This document shows positions 1-10,671 of a DNA stretch of 64,000 bases, piece after piece; position 1 is the first letter of the stretch, and every line of letters starts with the position of its first letter. The position numbers and the translations under genes were made by a program. The DNA is taken from the IMG/VR virus record IMGVR_UViG_2877251553_000001, positions 1-64,000 of that record. One strand, written 5' to 3'. The notes below the pieces were generated by a model. It did not search any database. It was not told the origin of the DNA and saw only the letters and a program-made list of their open reading frames with translations. The stretch is from a virus (taxonomy: Duplodnaviria > Heunggongvirae > Uroviricota > Caudoviricetes).

Positions 1-1254
1 ATGCTGGAACAAATGGGCATTGCCGCGAAGCAAGCCTCGTATAAATTAGCGCAACTCTCCAGCCGCGAAAAAAATCGCGTGCTGGAAAAAATCGCCGATG
101 AACTGGAAGCACAAAGCGAAATCATCCTCAACGCTAACGCCCAGGATGTTGCTGACGCGCGAGCCAATGGCCTTAGCGAAGCGATGCTTGACCGTCTGGC
201 ACTGACGCCCGCACGGCTGAAAGGCATTGCCGACGATGTACGTCAGGTGTGCAACCTCGCCGATCCGGTGGGGCAGGTAATCGATGGCGGCGTACTGGAC
301 AGCGGCCTGCGTCTTGAGCGTCGTCGCGTACCGCTGGGGGTTATTGGCGTGATTTATGAAGCGCGCCCGAACGTGACGGTTGATGTCGCTTCGCTGTGCC
401 TGAAAACCGGTAATGCGGTGATCCTGCGCGGTGGCAAAGAAACGTGTCGCACTAACGCTGCAACGGTGGCGGTGATTCAGGACGCCCTGAAATCCTGCGG
501 CTTACCGGCGGGTGCCGTGCAGGCGATTGATAATCCTGACCGTGCGCTGGTCAGTGAAATGCTGCGTATGGATAAATACATCGACATGCTGATCCCGCGT
601 GGTGGCGCTGGTTTGCATAAACTGTGCCGTGAACAGTCGACAATCCCGGTGATCACAGGTGGTATAGGCGTATGCCATATTTACGTTGATGAAAGTGTAG
701 AGATCGCTGAAGCATTAAAAGTGATCGTCAACGCGAAAACTCAGCGTCCGAGCACATGTAATACGGTTGAAACGTTGCTGGTGAATAAAAACATCGCCGA
801 TAGCTTCCTGCCCGCATTAAGCAAACAAATGGCGGAAAGCGGCGTGACATTACACGCAGATGCAGCTGCACTGGCGCAGTTGCAGGCAGGCCCTGCGAAG
901 GTGGTTGCTGTTAAAGCCGAAGAGTATGACGATGAGTTTCTGTCATTAGATTTGAACGTCAAAATCGTCAGCGATCTTGACGATGCCATCGCCCATATTC
1001 GTGAACACGGCACACAACACTCCGATGCGATCCTGACCTGCGATATGCGCAACGCCCAGCGTTTTGTTAACGAAGTGGATTCGTCCGCTGTTTACGTTAA
1101 CGTCTCTACGCGTTTCACCGACGGCGGCCAGTTTGGTCTGGGTGCGGAAGTGGCGGTAAGCACACAAAAACTCCACGCGCGTGGCCCAATGGGGCTGGAA
1201 GCACTGACCACTTACAAGTGGATCGGCATTGGTGATTACACCATTCGAGCGTAA
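1..1254 (+). CDS. proA: gamma-glutamyl phosphate reductase (glutamate-5-semialdehyde dehydrogenase)
   Basis: Full-length 417-aa ORF recognised from memory as E. coli ProA ([20 protein letters not shown]...); followed by thrW as in E. coli. Confidence 0.95.
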   Translation: MLEQMGIAAKQASYKLAQLSSREKNRVLEKIADELEAQSEIILNANAQDVADARANGLSEAMLDRLALTPARLKGIADDVRQVCNLADPVGQVIDGGVLDSGLRLERRRVPLGVIGVIYEARPNVTVDVASLCLKTGNAVILRGGKETCRTNAATVAVIQDALKSCGLPAGAVQAIDNPDRALVSEMLRMDKYIDMLIPRGGAGLHKLCREQSTIPVITGGIGVCHIYVDESVEIAEALKVIVNAKTQRPSTCNTVETLLVNKNIADSFLPALSKQMAESGVTLHADAAALAQLQAGPAKVVAVKAEEYDDEFLSLDLNVKIVSDLDDAIAHIREHGTQHSDAILTCDMRNAQRFVNEVDSSAVYVNVSTRFTDGGQFGLGAEVAVSTQKLHARGPMGLEALTTYKWIGIGDYTIRA

Positions 1255-1368
1255 ATAAAACCGGGTGATGTAAAAGTAGCCATTTGATTCACAAGGCCAT
1301 TGACGCATCGCCCGGTTAGTTTTAACCTTGTCCACCGTGATTCACGTTCGTGAACATGTCCTTTCAGG

Positions 1369-1444
1369 GCCGATATAGCTCAGTTGGTAGAGCAGCGCAT
1401 TCGTAATGCGAAGGTCGTAGGTTCGACTCCTATTATCGGCACCA
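1369..1444 (+). tRNA. thrW: tRNA-Thr (anticodon CGU)
   Basis: 76-nt cloverleaf-compatible sequence GCCGATATAGCTCAGTTGGTAGAGCAGCGCATTCGTAATGCG...GGCACCA with anticodon loop CATTCGTAATG (CGT); 3' CCA encoded. Confidence 0.9.
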
Positions 1445-1458
1445 TTTAAATCAATAAG

Positions 1459-2622
1459 TTACACATCATTAGTACCTTCCTTATTTTTTGACTGGGACAA
1501 ATTTGGGACCGATGGGTTCAGGATCGAGTCTATTTGCCGTGCGTGTTCGGTAAGGTGATTAGGTGCAAGGTGAGCATATCGACGAACCATTTCGATAGAC
1601 TCCCAGCCTCCCATTTCCTGTAACACTGACAACGGGACTCCGGCTTGAACCAGCCAACTTGCCCAGGTGTGTCTCAAGTCGTGAAATCTGAAATCATCAA
1701 TACCTGCTCGTCTCAGCGCCGCTTTCCAGGCTGTGTTTGCGTCATACCGCATCTTCCTGACCGTTGGCGCTTTCGTTCCGTCTGGTTTGGTACAGCTTTC
1801 CTTGTAAACAAATACCCAACGGTGATGATTCCCGATTTGTTTTTTCAATACGCGACATGCAGTATCATTCAGCGCAACGCCAATTGCGCGGTTTGATTTA
1901 CTCTCTTCCGGGTTTATCCATGCCACCCGGCGCTGCATGTCTATTTGTTGCCATTCAAGGTTGATGATGTTCGAGCGTCTTAAGCCTGTTGCCAGTGCAA
2001 ATTCAACAACAGACTTTAATGGCTCCGGACATTCATCAATCAGCCTTTGTGCTTCATGAGGCTCCAGCCAGCGGATACGTTTATTCTTCGGTTGAGGCAC
2101 TTTAATAATTGGTGCCTTATCCAGCATTTTCCATTCACGCTCTGCGGCTCTTAGCAGGGCCTTTATAAATGAAAGATGCGTAGCCTTCGTTGCAACGGAC
2201 GCTGGTTTTGGCGTGTATTCTGGAACAGGTTTCCCTTTTTTTCTGCATGCTTCTGCCCTGAGTTTCCAGTTTTCCTCATGACGCCGGTTTGTCATTTTCT
2301 GCATCGCTGAATAAATTTTTGATTCAGTGATGTCTCTTAGTTGCATCCCTGCGAAATGTTGAAGCCAGAATCCGATCCGGCTTTTGTCATCGTCCAGTGA
2401 TTTTTTATGTGCTTTCTCTTCAAGCCACCTGACACACGCTTCCTCGAACGTTATATCAGGTATTTCACCAAGTTTGCTGACCCGCCATGCTTCAGCCTTT
2501 AGCTTGTCATGGAGTTCTGTCGCCTGCCTTTTGTCCTTTGTTCCAAGAGACTGTTTAAATCTTTTACCGTTCGGCAATGTGAAACTGGCGTACCATATTT
2601 CACCTCTGCGGAAGAGTGACAT
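1459..2622 (-). CDS. int: phage integrase (tyrosine recombinase)
   Basis: 387-aa ORF immediately downstream of the tRNA; C-terminal R...HxxR...Y catalytic region ([10 protein letters not shown]...VRRYAHL) typical of tyrosine recombinases. Confidence 0.9.
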   Translation of the reverse strand: MSLFRRGEIWYASFTLPNGKRFKQSLGTKDKRQATELHDKLKAEAWRVSKLGEIPDITFEEACVRWLEEKAHKKSLDDDKSRIGFWLQHFAGMQLRDITESKIYSAMQKMTNRRHEENWKLRAEACRKKGKPVPEYTPKPASVATKATHLSFIKALLRAAEREWKMLDKAPIIKVPQPKNKRIRWLEPHEAQRLIDECPEPLKSVVEFALATGLRRSNIINLEWQQIDMQRRVAWINPEESKSNRAIGVALNDTACRVLKKQIGNHHRWVFVYKESCTKPDGTKAPTVRKMRYDANTAWKAALRRAGIDDFRFHDLRHTWASWLVQAGVPLSVLQEMGGWESIEMVRRYAHLAPNHLTEHARQIDSILNPSVPNLSQSKNKEGTNDV

Positions 2623-2849
2623 TTTCTTTCCTCTGTTATGCCATCACCCGCGCTCACCTGGACAGTATGCAGCGGAGACTGAAGAGCCGCAATGCAGGCT
2701 TGTCGTGTTGTGAGGTAAGGAGATTTATTCTTAGTGGGATCTTTGCGTGTTGCCTGAAGACGCCCTGTGCGTATCCAGTTAATGGCAGTCGGTCTGGATA
2801 TCTTGAGAAAATGACAGGCCTCATCGAGTGTGAGGCTGTATGGCTCCAT
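2499..2849 (-). CDS. xis: putative excisionase (Xis-like DNA-binding protein)
   Basis: ORF beginning [26 protein letters not shown]... directly upstream of int and overlapping its start; start overlaps the upstream gene stop (TAATG). Exact 3' end uncertain. Confidence 0.45.
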   Translation of the reverse strand: MEPYSLTLDEACHFLKISRPTAINWIRTGRLQATRKDPTKNKSPYLTTRQACIAALQSPLHTVQVSAGDGITEERKCHSSAEVKYGTPVSHCRTVKDLNSLLEQRTKGRRQNSMTS

Positions 2850-3154
2850 TATTTCACCTCTTGCTGTGACATTGTTGAAAAATGGATACCAGCTCGTTGC
2901 TGCCAGACGATCCAACCGAGAGTCATATCCCATGCCATGTATTCGTTATCGCCGTTTTTTGCTCTCCGACGATCTACTAAGTCACCGAAACGCTTTTCCA
3001 TGAATAATTCATAAGCTTCGCGTTCATCTGGTTCTACTTCCAGAGATAGGAGTGCGATTTCATAAGCACGGCGCTCAATATCGTCTCGCACGTCAAGGCT
3101 GCTGATACGCTCTTTAATTTCTTTAATCAGTTCTTTGTCGGTAAAAGTGGTCAT
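2849..3154 (-). CDS. hypothetical prophage protein (YfdT-like, 101 aa)
   Basis: ORF in early-left operon; size and position match CPS-53 yfdT as recalled. Confidence 0.45.
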   Translation of the reverse strand: MTTFTDKELIKEIKERISSLDVRDDIERRAYEIALLSLEVEPDEREAYELFMEKRFGDLVDRRRAKNGDNEYMAWDMTLGWIVWQQRAGIHFSTMSQQEVK

Positions 3155-3516
3155 TATGCTCCAGCCTCCGGTGCTTTTGGCATTACTGCCCAGTGAGTGA
3201 TATTGACGTTTTCAAGGTCCCCGACCTGAAATGTCCACTGCCATTCTCCGGTTTCTTTTTGTCCCCAGGTGTACCAGAGAGAACGCCAGCCAATTAGCCA
3301 GCCTTCTCCGTTAGCATCGAATAACAAAACACTTTCATTTGCTGGTGGCAGTTCAGTTGACACTGGTATTACTTTGTTTTCCTGTGCTGCACATTTAGCT
3401 TCAAGCGCATCGAATTTACGCACCAGGTATTCAGCATCTGTTTCATTTACTTTCAGATCTCGCGGTACACATCTCCCACGAAGAAACCCTTCCATTTCGA
3501 AAACATTCATGCGCAT
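3154..3516 (-). CDS. hypothetical prophage protein (YfdS-like, 120 aa)
   Basis: ORF in early-left operon; size and position match CPS-53 yfdS as recalled. Confidence 0.5.
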   Translation of the reverse strand: MRMNVFEMEGFLRGRCVPRDLKVNETDAEYLVRKFDALEAKCAAQENKVIPVSTELPPANESVLLFDANGEGWLIGWRSLWYTWGQKETGEWQWTFQVGDLENVNITHWAVMPKAPEAGA

Positions 3517-4043
3517 TTGCGTAACTCCGATAACTCGTTAAAGCGTTCCATAAACATCCCGTAGGCATGGCCCGGTGCCAGTGGAATCACGTTGAACATC
3601 TCTGTTGCCGGGATACCTTCCAGTACAGGCCAGAAAGAGCCATCATCAAGCCCGAGATCGCGGCGTTCGGTTGCCAGCATGATGAGATCGGCATATTTCA
3701 CGGGCGTACTCATAACTGGGGGTAACCCGTATTTCTCACGGATTACGGCGTCTATTTTTTCTTCCATTTGTTTATAGTCAGGAAGAAGGCGTTTCAGTGG
3801 TGCGGGAATGTCCTGGCAATACGCTTCTGTTGCATCATGCATTAACGCTTCAAAAGCAAATTCCTGCGGCACCAGCTGGCTGCAAAGAACCGCATGTTGG
3901 GCGACGCTGTAGAAGTGCGAAAGATGACCGGCAAAGCGACAGATATTTGAAAGGGAAACCGCGATATCGTTAATATCGATGTCGTCTTTATTTATCCTGT
4001 CATAATAAAAATGCTTCCCGGAAAAAGTTTTAATAAATGACAT
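3507..4043 (-). CDS. yfdR: HD-domain phosphohydrolase (YfdR-like 5'-deoxynucleotidase)
   Basis: H...HD motif (LMHDATEAY) in a 178-aa product if started at MSFIKTF; ORF track gives a 15-codon longer N-terminus. Confidence 0.7.
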   Translation of the reverse strand: MSFIKTFSGKHFYYDRINKDDIDINDIAVSLSNICRFAGHLSHFYSVAQHAVLCSQLVPQEFAFEALMHDATEAYCQDIPAPLKRLLPDYKQMEEKIDAVIREKYGLPPVMSTPVKYADLIMLATERRDLGLDDGSFWPVLEGIPATEMFNVIPLAPGHAYGMFMERFNELSELRKCA

Positions 4044-4170
4044 TTTGTTCTCCACGTATATGCGCTGCACCGCGCTGAATTCTGGCAAAAAGAATCCCTC
4101 ACCATCCGGCGATTATTGAGTAAATTACGTTTCCATAAATGCCCCCGCAGGGGCATTTGCAGTAATGAAA

Positions 4171-4995
4171 TCAGGCGGTGAAAGTACCAATAAAGGTTTC
4201 TACTTTGCTGTCCTTGAATTTCTCAACAAGCAGATCACGAAATTCGTTAGCCATTTCTTCCTGCACCGCCTCCAGCTGAATAATGCGCAGAACCAGTACA
4301 GGACGATCGCCAGTGATAATACTGAGGCGTAATTTAAACGGACGTTCTTTCAGACCTTCAAACGGAACGCATTTAAATTCAAATGCCACTGGCATAATGT
4401 CTTTGGTCTTCGCTTCGACAGACTCCATCAGGGAGCGTTTGCCGCTGAAGTCATTATCTTCAAAATCAGCGGTCTGGTTTGCTTCAATCGTGATTTTACG
4501 GACAGCCGCAGCCGCTTTTGTTGCCTGAATAGCGTCACCATTAGCATCAAAGCCCACAAGATAGTCGGCCCAGTCTTCAATCCATTCTGCCAGTGACTTC
4601 TGGGAGTTACGCTCGCCGTTAACAGACAACAGAGCAGAGAACGGTGCTGTCTTTTTCAGTTTGAGTGTGGCGGTGTTATCTGCGTGACCTGGTTCATCAA
4701 TAGTACCCAGGTTAAGCACACTGACGGCACGCATATTATCAGCATCGATAAAGCAGCGGGTGCCTTCATCTGCAAGATCTTTAGAATAACGGGTAAAGTC
4801 ATCGATGCTGGCAGTGGAAAGCGCACCACGGAAACGGAAGCGATTTAAATTAAATTTTTCCAGATCATGAATGCGGAAATTCTCAGGCAATGCCACAGCA
4901 TCGGCACCAATCTTACTGATAATTTCATTAACACCCTGAGCAGAAATAAGGGCATGGATTTGATTAATTGCGGTTGCGTCTAAGTTCTGAGACAT
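4171..4995 (-). CDS. yfdQ: hypothetical prophage protein (YfdQ-like, 274 aa)
   Basis: 274-aa ORF in the same operon; length and neighbourhood match CPS-53 YfdQ as recalled. Confidence 0.55.
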   Translation of the reverse strand: MSQNLDATAINQIHALISAQGVNEIISKIGADAVALPENFRIHDLEKFNLNRFRFRGALSTASIDDFTRYSKDLADEGTRCFIDADNMRAVSVLNLGTIDEPGHADNTATLKLKKTAPFSALLSVNGERNSQKSLAEWIEDWADYLVGFDANGDAIQATKAAAAVRKITIEANQTADFEDNDFSGKRSLMESVEAKTKDIMPVAFEFKCVPFEGLKERPFKLRLSIITGDRPVLVLRIIQLEAVQEEMANEFRDLLVEKFKDSKVETFIGTFTA

Positions 4996-5060
4996 AATAA
5001 GTCCTCACTATATAAAGATATTCAGTGATGAGATAAATAATCAGTTAATTAAAAACGATA

Positions 5061-5423
5061 TTAACGACCTGCTGCGCGGAGTTTTCCGTCAGGTTCACCG
5101 GCAAGAGTCAGTAACTGTCCCTGGTCTTCCTGCAGAATAGTCAGGCGACCACCGCGATTGACATACATCGGCGTTTCGGTGGTGTCTTCTTCGGAAATTT
5201 TCCCGCGGTTAGTCGGGCGAACATATGAGAGTTTGTGTTTGATTTTCACTCGGTTCTCATCAAACGGTTCGATTTCCAGGTTGAGCGAGACCTTACCTTT
5301 GGTTTTCGTGTTCATCACACCGGAAGCGACTTCACTGAGAACTGCGCCGATTTTGGTTTCAAATACGCCGCCGTCCAGCTCCCCGATAAATGCCTGCACA
5401 TCAGTACTGCGTTCGCTAGCCAT
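5061..5423 (-). CDS. hypothetical prophage protein (YfdP-like, 120 aa)
   Basis: Start chosen at MASERSTDV (GAGGA RBS upstream); the 197-aa ORF-track version has an implausible N-terminal extension. Confidence 0.5.
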   Translation of the reverse strand: MASERSTDVQAFIGELDGGVFETKIGAVLSEVASGVMNTKTKGKVSLNLEIEPFDENRVKIKHKLSYVRPTNRGKISEEDTTETPMYVNRGGRLTILQEDQGQLLTLAGEPDGKLRAAGR

Positions 5424-6057
5424 TTTGCTGCTCCTCATCATATCGACCCTGCAAGGTCGGTTGGTTTCTCCACAAAACAGAGAAGAACACCTGCGGTGAC
5501 TGCCGCCCGGATGGATTGGGTTATGAGCCCGTCGTCCGGTGATGCTCTTCTCTGTTTTGTAAAAAGAGCGGTACCAGCCGGAAGCAAGGGTACAAACTGG
5601 TACCGCCAAAGCAGTGGCTGTTGTGGTGGGGTTGTCACTCAGGCGTATGGTCAACCTGACAATCCGGTGTCCTCAACGGGGAAAGAGTAACCCCGCCATA
5701 CTTACCGCCGCGCCATTTCGCGGATTACCACAACGCTGAGAGCACTTAGCCAGTTACGGCACCACACTTTGTCGCGGCTCCATAAATGCCCTCATCGTTG
5801 CACCCTGGTCTCTTCCCAGGCGTCAAACCGAATCGCCACGCTGGTTAGGCGTCTTATCAGCATCATCATTGACTTGCACATTCCGGCTACCTGGTTTGTT
5901 TGCTCGAGCAAGGAGTGGATTGTCCCCTTTAACGTCACCAGACCGCTAACGACGCATGTGCCATACGCCGTGTTACAACCAAATTTTGTTTTAATCTTGC
6001 CTGTGTTATGTTTCTTTTAGATACATTATGTATCTCATGGGTACATTGTCAAGTATA

Positions 6058-6082
6058 AAAAAACCTGCCGAAGCAGGTTCAT
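6058..6082 (-). terminator. rho-independent terminator downstream of cI
   Basis: Minus-strand hairpin AACCTGCTTCGGCAGGTT followed by a T-run, just after the cI stop. Confidence 0.5.
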
Positions 6083-6091
6083 AAATATTGA

Positions 6092-6766
6092 TTAGGCCTT
6101 TATTGTGTATCTTCTTGGTTTTCCCGAGAAAATCACTGTACCAATTATAGAGCAATTACCGTTAATCTTAATGTAAGGCTCAGGCCAGTTTGGGTTTAAT
6201 GCTTTGAGATAACGCTGTGTTCCATCTTCTATCAATCGCTTGAAGGTGGTTTCGCCTGTATCGTGCATCAATGCAATAACGTCGTCACCGTGGCAGGCAG
6301 GGACTTCGGGATCAACAAAAATCATGTCTCCAGGGCGGTACTCATCAATCATTGAATCACCAATCACCCGCAAGATATAAGTCATTTCGCCACAGGGTAC
6401 AGGGCAGGGATACGTTTCTGCTGTGCTCAAATCAACCTCAGAATAGCCAACTTCTTTCCATGCTCCGGCCTGTACCCATGATATGACAGGGACTAACGTT
6501 ATTTGTTTGTTAGTGATTGAAACATCAGGTTTTTTTGTGATGTTCGTTGTCTGGTGTTCTTGATCAAGCCATCCGACAGGCAGGTCGAAACATTTTTCGA
6601 TGTGCCGTGCCATGCTGTCACCGATATTTTTAGTAGCGCCATCCCCCATAAACCTGCTGGTTTGGGTTGGCTCGCGATCAATCATGGTGGCAAAGGATGA
6701 ATTTCCGCCAACACCATCTCTCAGTTTTCTGGCGTTAGACCGCCGGATGTCATGGATTGTTTTCAT
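6092..6766 (-). CDS. cI: CI-like phage repressor (N-terminal HTH, C-terminal LexA/S24-type autopeptidase domain)
   Basis: 224-aa ORF divergent from cro; C-terminal region (VIGDSMIDEY...GDMIFVD) resembles S24 peptidase domain. Confidence 0.8.
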   Translation of the reverse strand: MKTIHDIRRSNARKLRDGVGGNSSFATMIDREPTQTSRFMGDGATKNIGDSMARHIEKCFDLPVGWLDQEHQTTNITKKPDVSITNKQITLVPVISWVQAGAWKEVGYSEVDLSTAETYPCPVPCGEMTYILRVIGDSMIDEYRPGDMIFVDPEVPACHGDDVIALMHDTGETTFKRLIEDGTQRYLKALNPNWPEPYIKINGNCSIIGTVIFSGKPRRYTIKA

Positions 6767-6785
6767 AACGAAATTAAAACCTTTG

Positions 6786-6853
6786 TACCGATAAGGTACA
6801 AGTATCTTGAAGGTTCATTTCAATCATGTAATATGTATACCGGAGGTACATAT
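6786..6853. promoter_or_regulatory. cI/cro divergent promoter region with two palindromic operator-like sites
   Basis: Perfect inverted repeat TTGTACC-GATAA-GGTACAA (6786-6804) and imperfect TGTATACC-GGA-GGTACATA (6835-6853) between cI and cro starts. Confidence 0.5.
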
Positions 6854-6856
6854 TGT

Positions 6857-7057
6857 ATGAAAGCGTATTGGGACTCTTTAACCAAAGAACAGCAGGGCGA
6901 GTTGGCCGGAAAAGTTGGCTCAACACCTGGCTACTTACGGCTGGTTTTCAATGGTTATAAAAAAGCCAGTTTTGTGCTGGCGAAAAAACTTGAGCAATGC
7001 ACGTCAGGTGCAATTACGAAATCTGACTTAAGACCGGATATCTATCCGAAAGATTAA
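6857..7057 (+). CDS. cro: Cro-like HTH regulator
   Basis: 66-aa ORF starting MKAYWDSLTKEQQGELAGKVG with GGAGG RBS, divergent from cI. Confidence 0.6.
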   Translation: MKAYWDSLTKEQQGELAGKVGSTPGYLRLVFNGYKKASFVLAKKLEQCTSGAITKSDLRPDIYPKD

Positions 7058-7088
7058 CAGAACACCTTCAATTTTTAACCACAGAACG

Positions 7089-7652
7089 ATGAGGCTAACC
7101 GTGGGTAAGTATCACTGGAAAGTAGAAAAACAGCCTGAGTGGTACGTGAAAGCTGTCAGAAAAACTATCGCAGCGTTGCCGGGTGGTTACGCTGAAGCAG
7201 CTGACTGGCTGGATGTAACAGAGAACGCATTATTTAACCGCCTTCGTGCCGATGGCGATCAGATTTTCCCGCTGGGATGGGCAATGGTTTTACAGCGCGC
7301 GGCTGGCACTCACTACATTGCGGATGCTGTCGCACAGTCTGCTGGTGGGGTGTTCGTATCGCTTCCTGAAATTGAGGAAGTAGAGAACGCCGATATAAAC
7401 CAGCGCCTGCTGGAAGTCATCGAACAGATCGGGAATTACTCAAAGCAGATTCGTTCGGCAATCGAAGATGGGGTCGTGGAGCCACACGAGCAGACAGCAA
7501 TTAATGATGAGTTGTATCTGTCAATTTCGAAGCTCCAAGAGCATGCAGCACTGGTCTACAAAATCTTTTGCGCTCCAGAAAAGAGTGACGCCCGCGAGTG
7601 TGCAGCTCCGGGCGTCGTGGCGTTTTGTGTCTGTGGAGAAACTAACGCATGA
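7089..7652 (+). CDS. hypothetical early regulatory protein (CII-like position)
   Basis: 187-aa ORF directly after cro; function not recognised. Confidence 0.35.
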   Translation: MRLTVGKYHWKVEKQPEWYVKAVRKTIAALPGGYAEAADWLDVTENALFNRLRADGDQIFPLGWAMVLQRAAGTHYIADAVAQSAGGVFVSLPEIEEVENADINQRLLEVIEQIGNYSKQIRSAIEDGVVEPHEQTAINDELYLSISKLQEHAALVYKIFCAPEKSDARECAAPGVVAFCVCGETNA

Positions 7653-8485
7653 ACAGTTTAACGGCAAATAACCGTTTGTCGCAACAGCTGGTGGTCAGCG
7701 TCGCTGAACACCTGTTGTTACGGCATGAATGCAGATTACCAAATCACCTGGCTGTAAGTAACCACAGAGAACTTTACCTGACTGTGGGGGGCGAGTTGTG
7801 CAGGAACTTAACCGCTGGTTTAGTGACGGAAGAGGACTTTATGTTCATGTTATTCGTTGGGAGCCAGAAACACAGCGCGTTATCTATCTTCGCAAAGACT
7901 ACCCGCATGAGTGCTTTAGTCCTTTGTGGAAATTCAGGCGTGATTTTATTGAGTGTGAAGGACCACCAGCACATTGATTCTGCCATTCCGGGACGTTACA
8001 CTGTTCAGGCACCTTATAAAGCGGGTGCCGGGATTGGCGTCCTGGAATTGATCAAGGCGATATATGACGCGCCAGCGTCTTTTTTATCGTCCGCATTTGC
8101 TCACATCAAAGTTATGGTGGGCTGGGCGGGGGCATCGAAAGATGCGCCGGTTTCCTTGATCACCGGTTACGCCAACCCCGTTCAGTTCACCACCAGCGAA
8201 ATTGGCGTTTCCGGTGGTGGAAGTATTTCACCGATCAAGGAGGCTGCCATCATGGCTACTGTCCCAGCCCTCACTCGTCTGAATGATGAAGACTTACATA
8301 AACTCAGTTATGTAACAACAGCACTACGTGCTCTGCGCAAGGTAACTCTTTCAGATCCGCAGGCGCATCAACTTCTGGTAGAAACCCTTCTTAACTTGCA
8401 GGCTGAACGTATTCGTTTGGCGGATAAGGCTAATCTTCATATTCACCGTCTCCTGAATATCAGCGGAGGGCATCGTCATGCTTAA
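7649..8485 (+). CDS. hypothetical prophage early protein
   Basis: 278-aa ORF overlapping previous stop (ATGA); shares a conserved core (AGAGIGVL...[16 protein letters not shown]) with the minus-strand ORF at 57805-58872. Confidence 0.5.
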   Translation: MNSLTANNRLSQQLVVSVAEHLLLRHECRLPNHLAVSNHRELYLTVGGELCRNLTAGLVTEEDFMFMLFVGSQKHSALSIFAKTTRMSALVLCGNSGVILLSVKDHQHIDSAIPGRYTVQAPYKAGAGIGVLELIKAIYDAPASFLSSAFAHIKVMVGWAGASKDAPVSLITGYANPVQFTTSEIGVSGGGSISPIKEAAIMATVPALTRLNDEDLHKLSYVTTALRALRKVTLSDPQAHQLLVETLLNLQAERIRLADKANLHIHRLLNISGGHRHA

Positions 8486-8714
8486 TCCGTTGATCCTCAA
8501 TATTCACCGTTTACTTCAGCGTAAAAAAATATCAATTCCTACAGTTGGGCAGTGGTACACCACACCTGCAGGGCATGTTCTACGTGTTAGCCTGGTTGAC
8601 CGTGAATGCCAGAAGGTGATTTGTGAACCGCTTGGCCGTAATTACCGCGTCAGTATGCCGCTTATAGCCTTTCGCTCCGGAAAAAACATGAAGCATCTCG
8701 GAGGTGCAGCATGA
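8478..8714 (+). CDS. hypothetical small protein
   Basis: 78-aa ORF with overlapping stop/start to neighbours. Confidence 0.35.
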   Translation: MLNPLILNIHRLLQRKKISIPTVGQWYTTPAGHVLRVSLVDRECQKVICEPLGRNYRVSMPLIAFRSGKNMKHLGGAA

Positions 8715-9528
8715 GTATGGAGCTGATGGTTAAAGCGATGAAAATTCGAGTGGGTAATCCATTGCGAAAACTGGTTCTGATCAAGCTGGCTGATAATGCC
8801 AGCGATCAGGGTGAGTGCTGGCCCAGCTACCAGCATATTGCTGACCAGTGCGAGATTAGCAAACGTTCTGTGATGAATCATATTGCGGCCCTTTGTGAGT
8901 CCGGGCTGGTAAAAAAAGTCACCCGGAAAGGTGAAAAAGGTAACTCAAGTAATATCTATCTCCTTCATCTTGATGGTGCAGGAGATTCACTAGGGGGTAG
9001 TGCAAATAATTCACTATCTGGTGCAGCAAATTCACCAGGTAGTGCAGGAGTTGCACCAGGGGGTAGTGCAGGAGATTCACCCAGAACCAGTCACTCTTTT
9101 GAACCAGTCAAAGAACCAGTCAATGAACCAATAGCTGTTGGTGCATCAGTTGATGAGTCCGTGCGAGTTCGTTCAAACCGACCGGAATACTCTCCGGAGT
9201 TTGAGCAGGCATGGCTGGTATATCCCAAACGTGCTGGTGGCAATTCAAAATCTGCAGCCTTCAAAGCCTGGAAAGCCCGTTTGAATGAGGGGGTAAACCC
9301 GAAACCATGCTGGAAGGTGTGAAACGCTACGCGGGCTGGGTATCTGCGATGGGTAACAGCGGCACACAATTTGTGAAACAGGCTGTCACGTTCTTTGGTC
9401 CGGATCGTCATTTCGAAGAATCCTGGGAAGTTCCTGCGGTATCTGCAGCCAGACGCGAGGACCCGTACTTCAAAGCCAGTTACGACAACGTGGACTACAG
9501 CCAGATCCCGGCAGGATTCAGGGGGTGA
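8711..9528 (+). CDS. replication initiation protein (O-like, N-terminal HTH); reading frame broken by a -1 shift at a G5 run near 9286-9290
   Basis: N-terminus resembles phage replication-protein HTH domain; contains iteron-like repeats; two ORF-track pieces (8711-9322, 9307-9528) merge if one G is restored. Confidence 0.55.
8985..9090 (+). repeat. iteron-like direct repeats inside the replication gene (putative origin)
   Basis: Repeated GGTAGTGCAGGAGATTCAC / GGTGCAGCAAATTCACC-type units encoding GGSA..S repeats. Confidence 0.45.
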
Positions 9529-9530
9529 TC

Positions 9531-10025
9531 ATGAGTCTTTTGAATGAAGTTCAGAAATACATTGAAGCCCATCCGGGGTGTACTTCCGGAGACATTGCGG
9601 ATGCTTTTGCAGGTTACTCACGGCAGCGCGTTCTGCAGTCAGCAAGCAAGTTACGTCAGAGTGGGCGTGTGGCTCACCGTTGTGAAGGGGATACACGCAG
9701 ACATTTCCCGCGCCAGACAAAGATATCGCAGGAGGCGGAACCGCAACCAGTTCGTGAAACCAGACCTGTGCGCAATTTCTATGTCGGCACTAACGATCCC
9801 CGGGTGATTTTGTGCCTGACCCGCCAGGCGGAAGAACTGGAGTCGAGGGGCTTATACCGTCGTGCTGCAACCGTGTGGATGGCGGCATTCCGTGAAAGCC
9901 ACTCCCAGCCAGAGCGAAACAATTTTCTTGCGCGTCGTGAGCGGTGTTTACGGAAAAGCAGCAAGCGCGCTGTACCGGGTGATGAGTGGTATCTGTCAGG
10001 GAATTACGTGGGGCTTAATGAGTAA
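9531..10025 (+). CDS. hypothetical protein
   Basis: 165-aa ORF (MSLLNEVQKYIEAHPG...); stop overlaps next start (ATGAGTAA). Confidence 0.45.
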   Translation: MSLLNEVQKYIEAHPGCTSGDIADAFAGYSRQRVLQSASKLRQSGRVAHRCEGDTRRHFPRQTKISQEAEPQPVRETRPVRNFYVGTNDPRVILCLTRQAEELESRGLYRRAATVWMAAFRESHSQPERNNFLARRERCLRKSSKRAVPGDEWYLSGNYVGLNE

Positions 10026-10671
10026 TAAATATTGCCAGGCGCTGGTCGAACTGCGGAACAAACCAGCCCATGAACTGAAGGAAGTGGGCGATCAGTGGCG
10101 CACGCCGGATAACATTTTCTGGGGAATTAACACCCTGTTTGGCCCGTTTGTTCTGGATCTGTTCACTGACGGTGATAACGCCAAATGTGCCGCGTATTAC
10201 ACGGCGGAAGACAACGCGCTGGCGCATGACTGGTCAGAACGTCTTGCGGAGCTTAAAGGTGCTGCCTTTGGTAATCCCCCATACAGCCGCGCCAGTCAGC
10301 ATGAGGGGCAATACATCACCGGCATGCGTTACATCATGAAACATGCCAGTGCTATGCGTGATAAAGGCGGGCGCTATGTTTTCCTGATCAAAGCTGCCAC
10401 CAGCGAAGTGTGGTGGCCGGAAGATGCAGACCATATTGCTTTTATTCGCGGGCGTATTGGTTTTGAACTGCCTGCCTGGTTTATCCCGAAAGACGAGAAG
10501 CAGGTGCCGACAGGTGCTTTCTTCGCTGGTGCTATTGCTGTTTTCGATAAGACCTGGAAGGGACCGGCAATCAGCTACATCGGGCGCGATGAACTTGAGG
10601 CATGTGGTGAGGCGTTTCTGGCGCAGGTTCGCCAGCAGGCAGAACGGCTGGTCAGGGAGATAGTGGCATGA
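10018..10671 (+). CDS. phage N6-adenine DNA methyltransferase (Dam-like, NPPY motif)
   Basis: 217-aa product from MSNKYCQAL; motif GNPPYSR; resembles phage Dam family. Confidence 0.7.
   Translation: MSNKYCQALVELRNKPAHELKEVGDQWRTPDNIFWGINTLFGPFVLDLFTDGDNAKCAAYYTAEDNALAHDWSERLAELKGAAFGNPPYSRASQHEGQYITGMRYIMKHASAMRDKGGRYVFLIKAATSEVWWPEDADHIAFIRGRIGFELPAWFIPKDEKQVPTGAFFAGAIAVFDKTWKGPAISYIGRDELEACGEAFLAQVRQQAERLVREIVA

Noticed and set aside
5424-5654. N-terminal extension of the 5061-5654 ORF (197 aa)
   Set aside because: No RBS and odd composition; the internal start at 5423 gives a 120-aa product with an RBS, matching the YfdP-like size.
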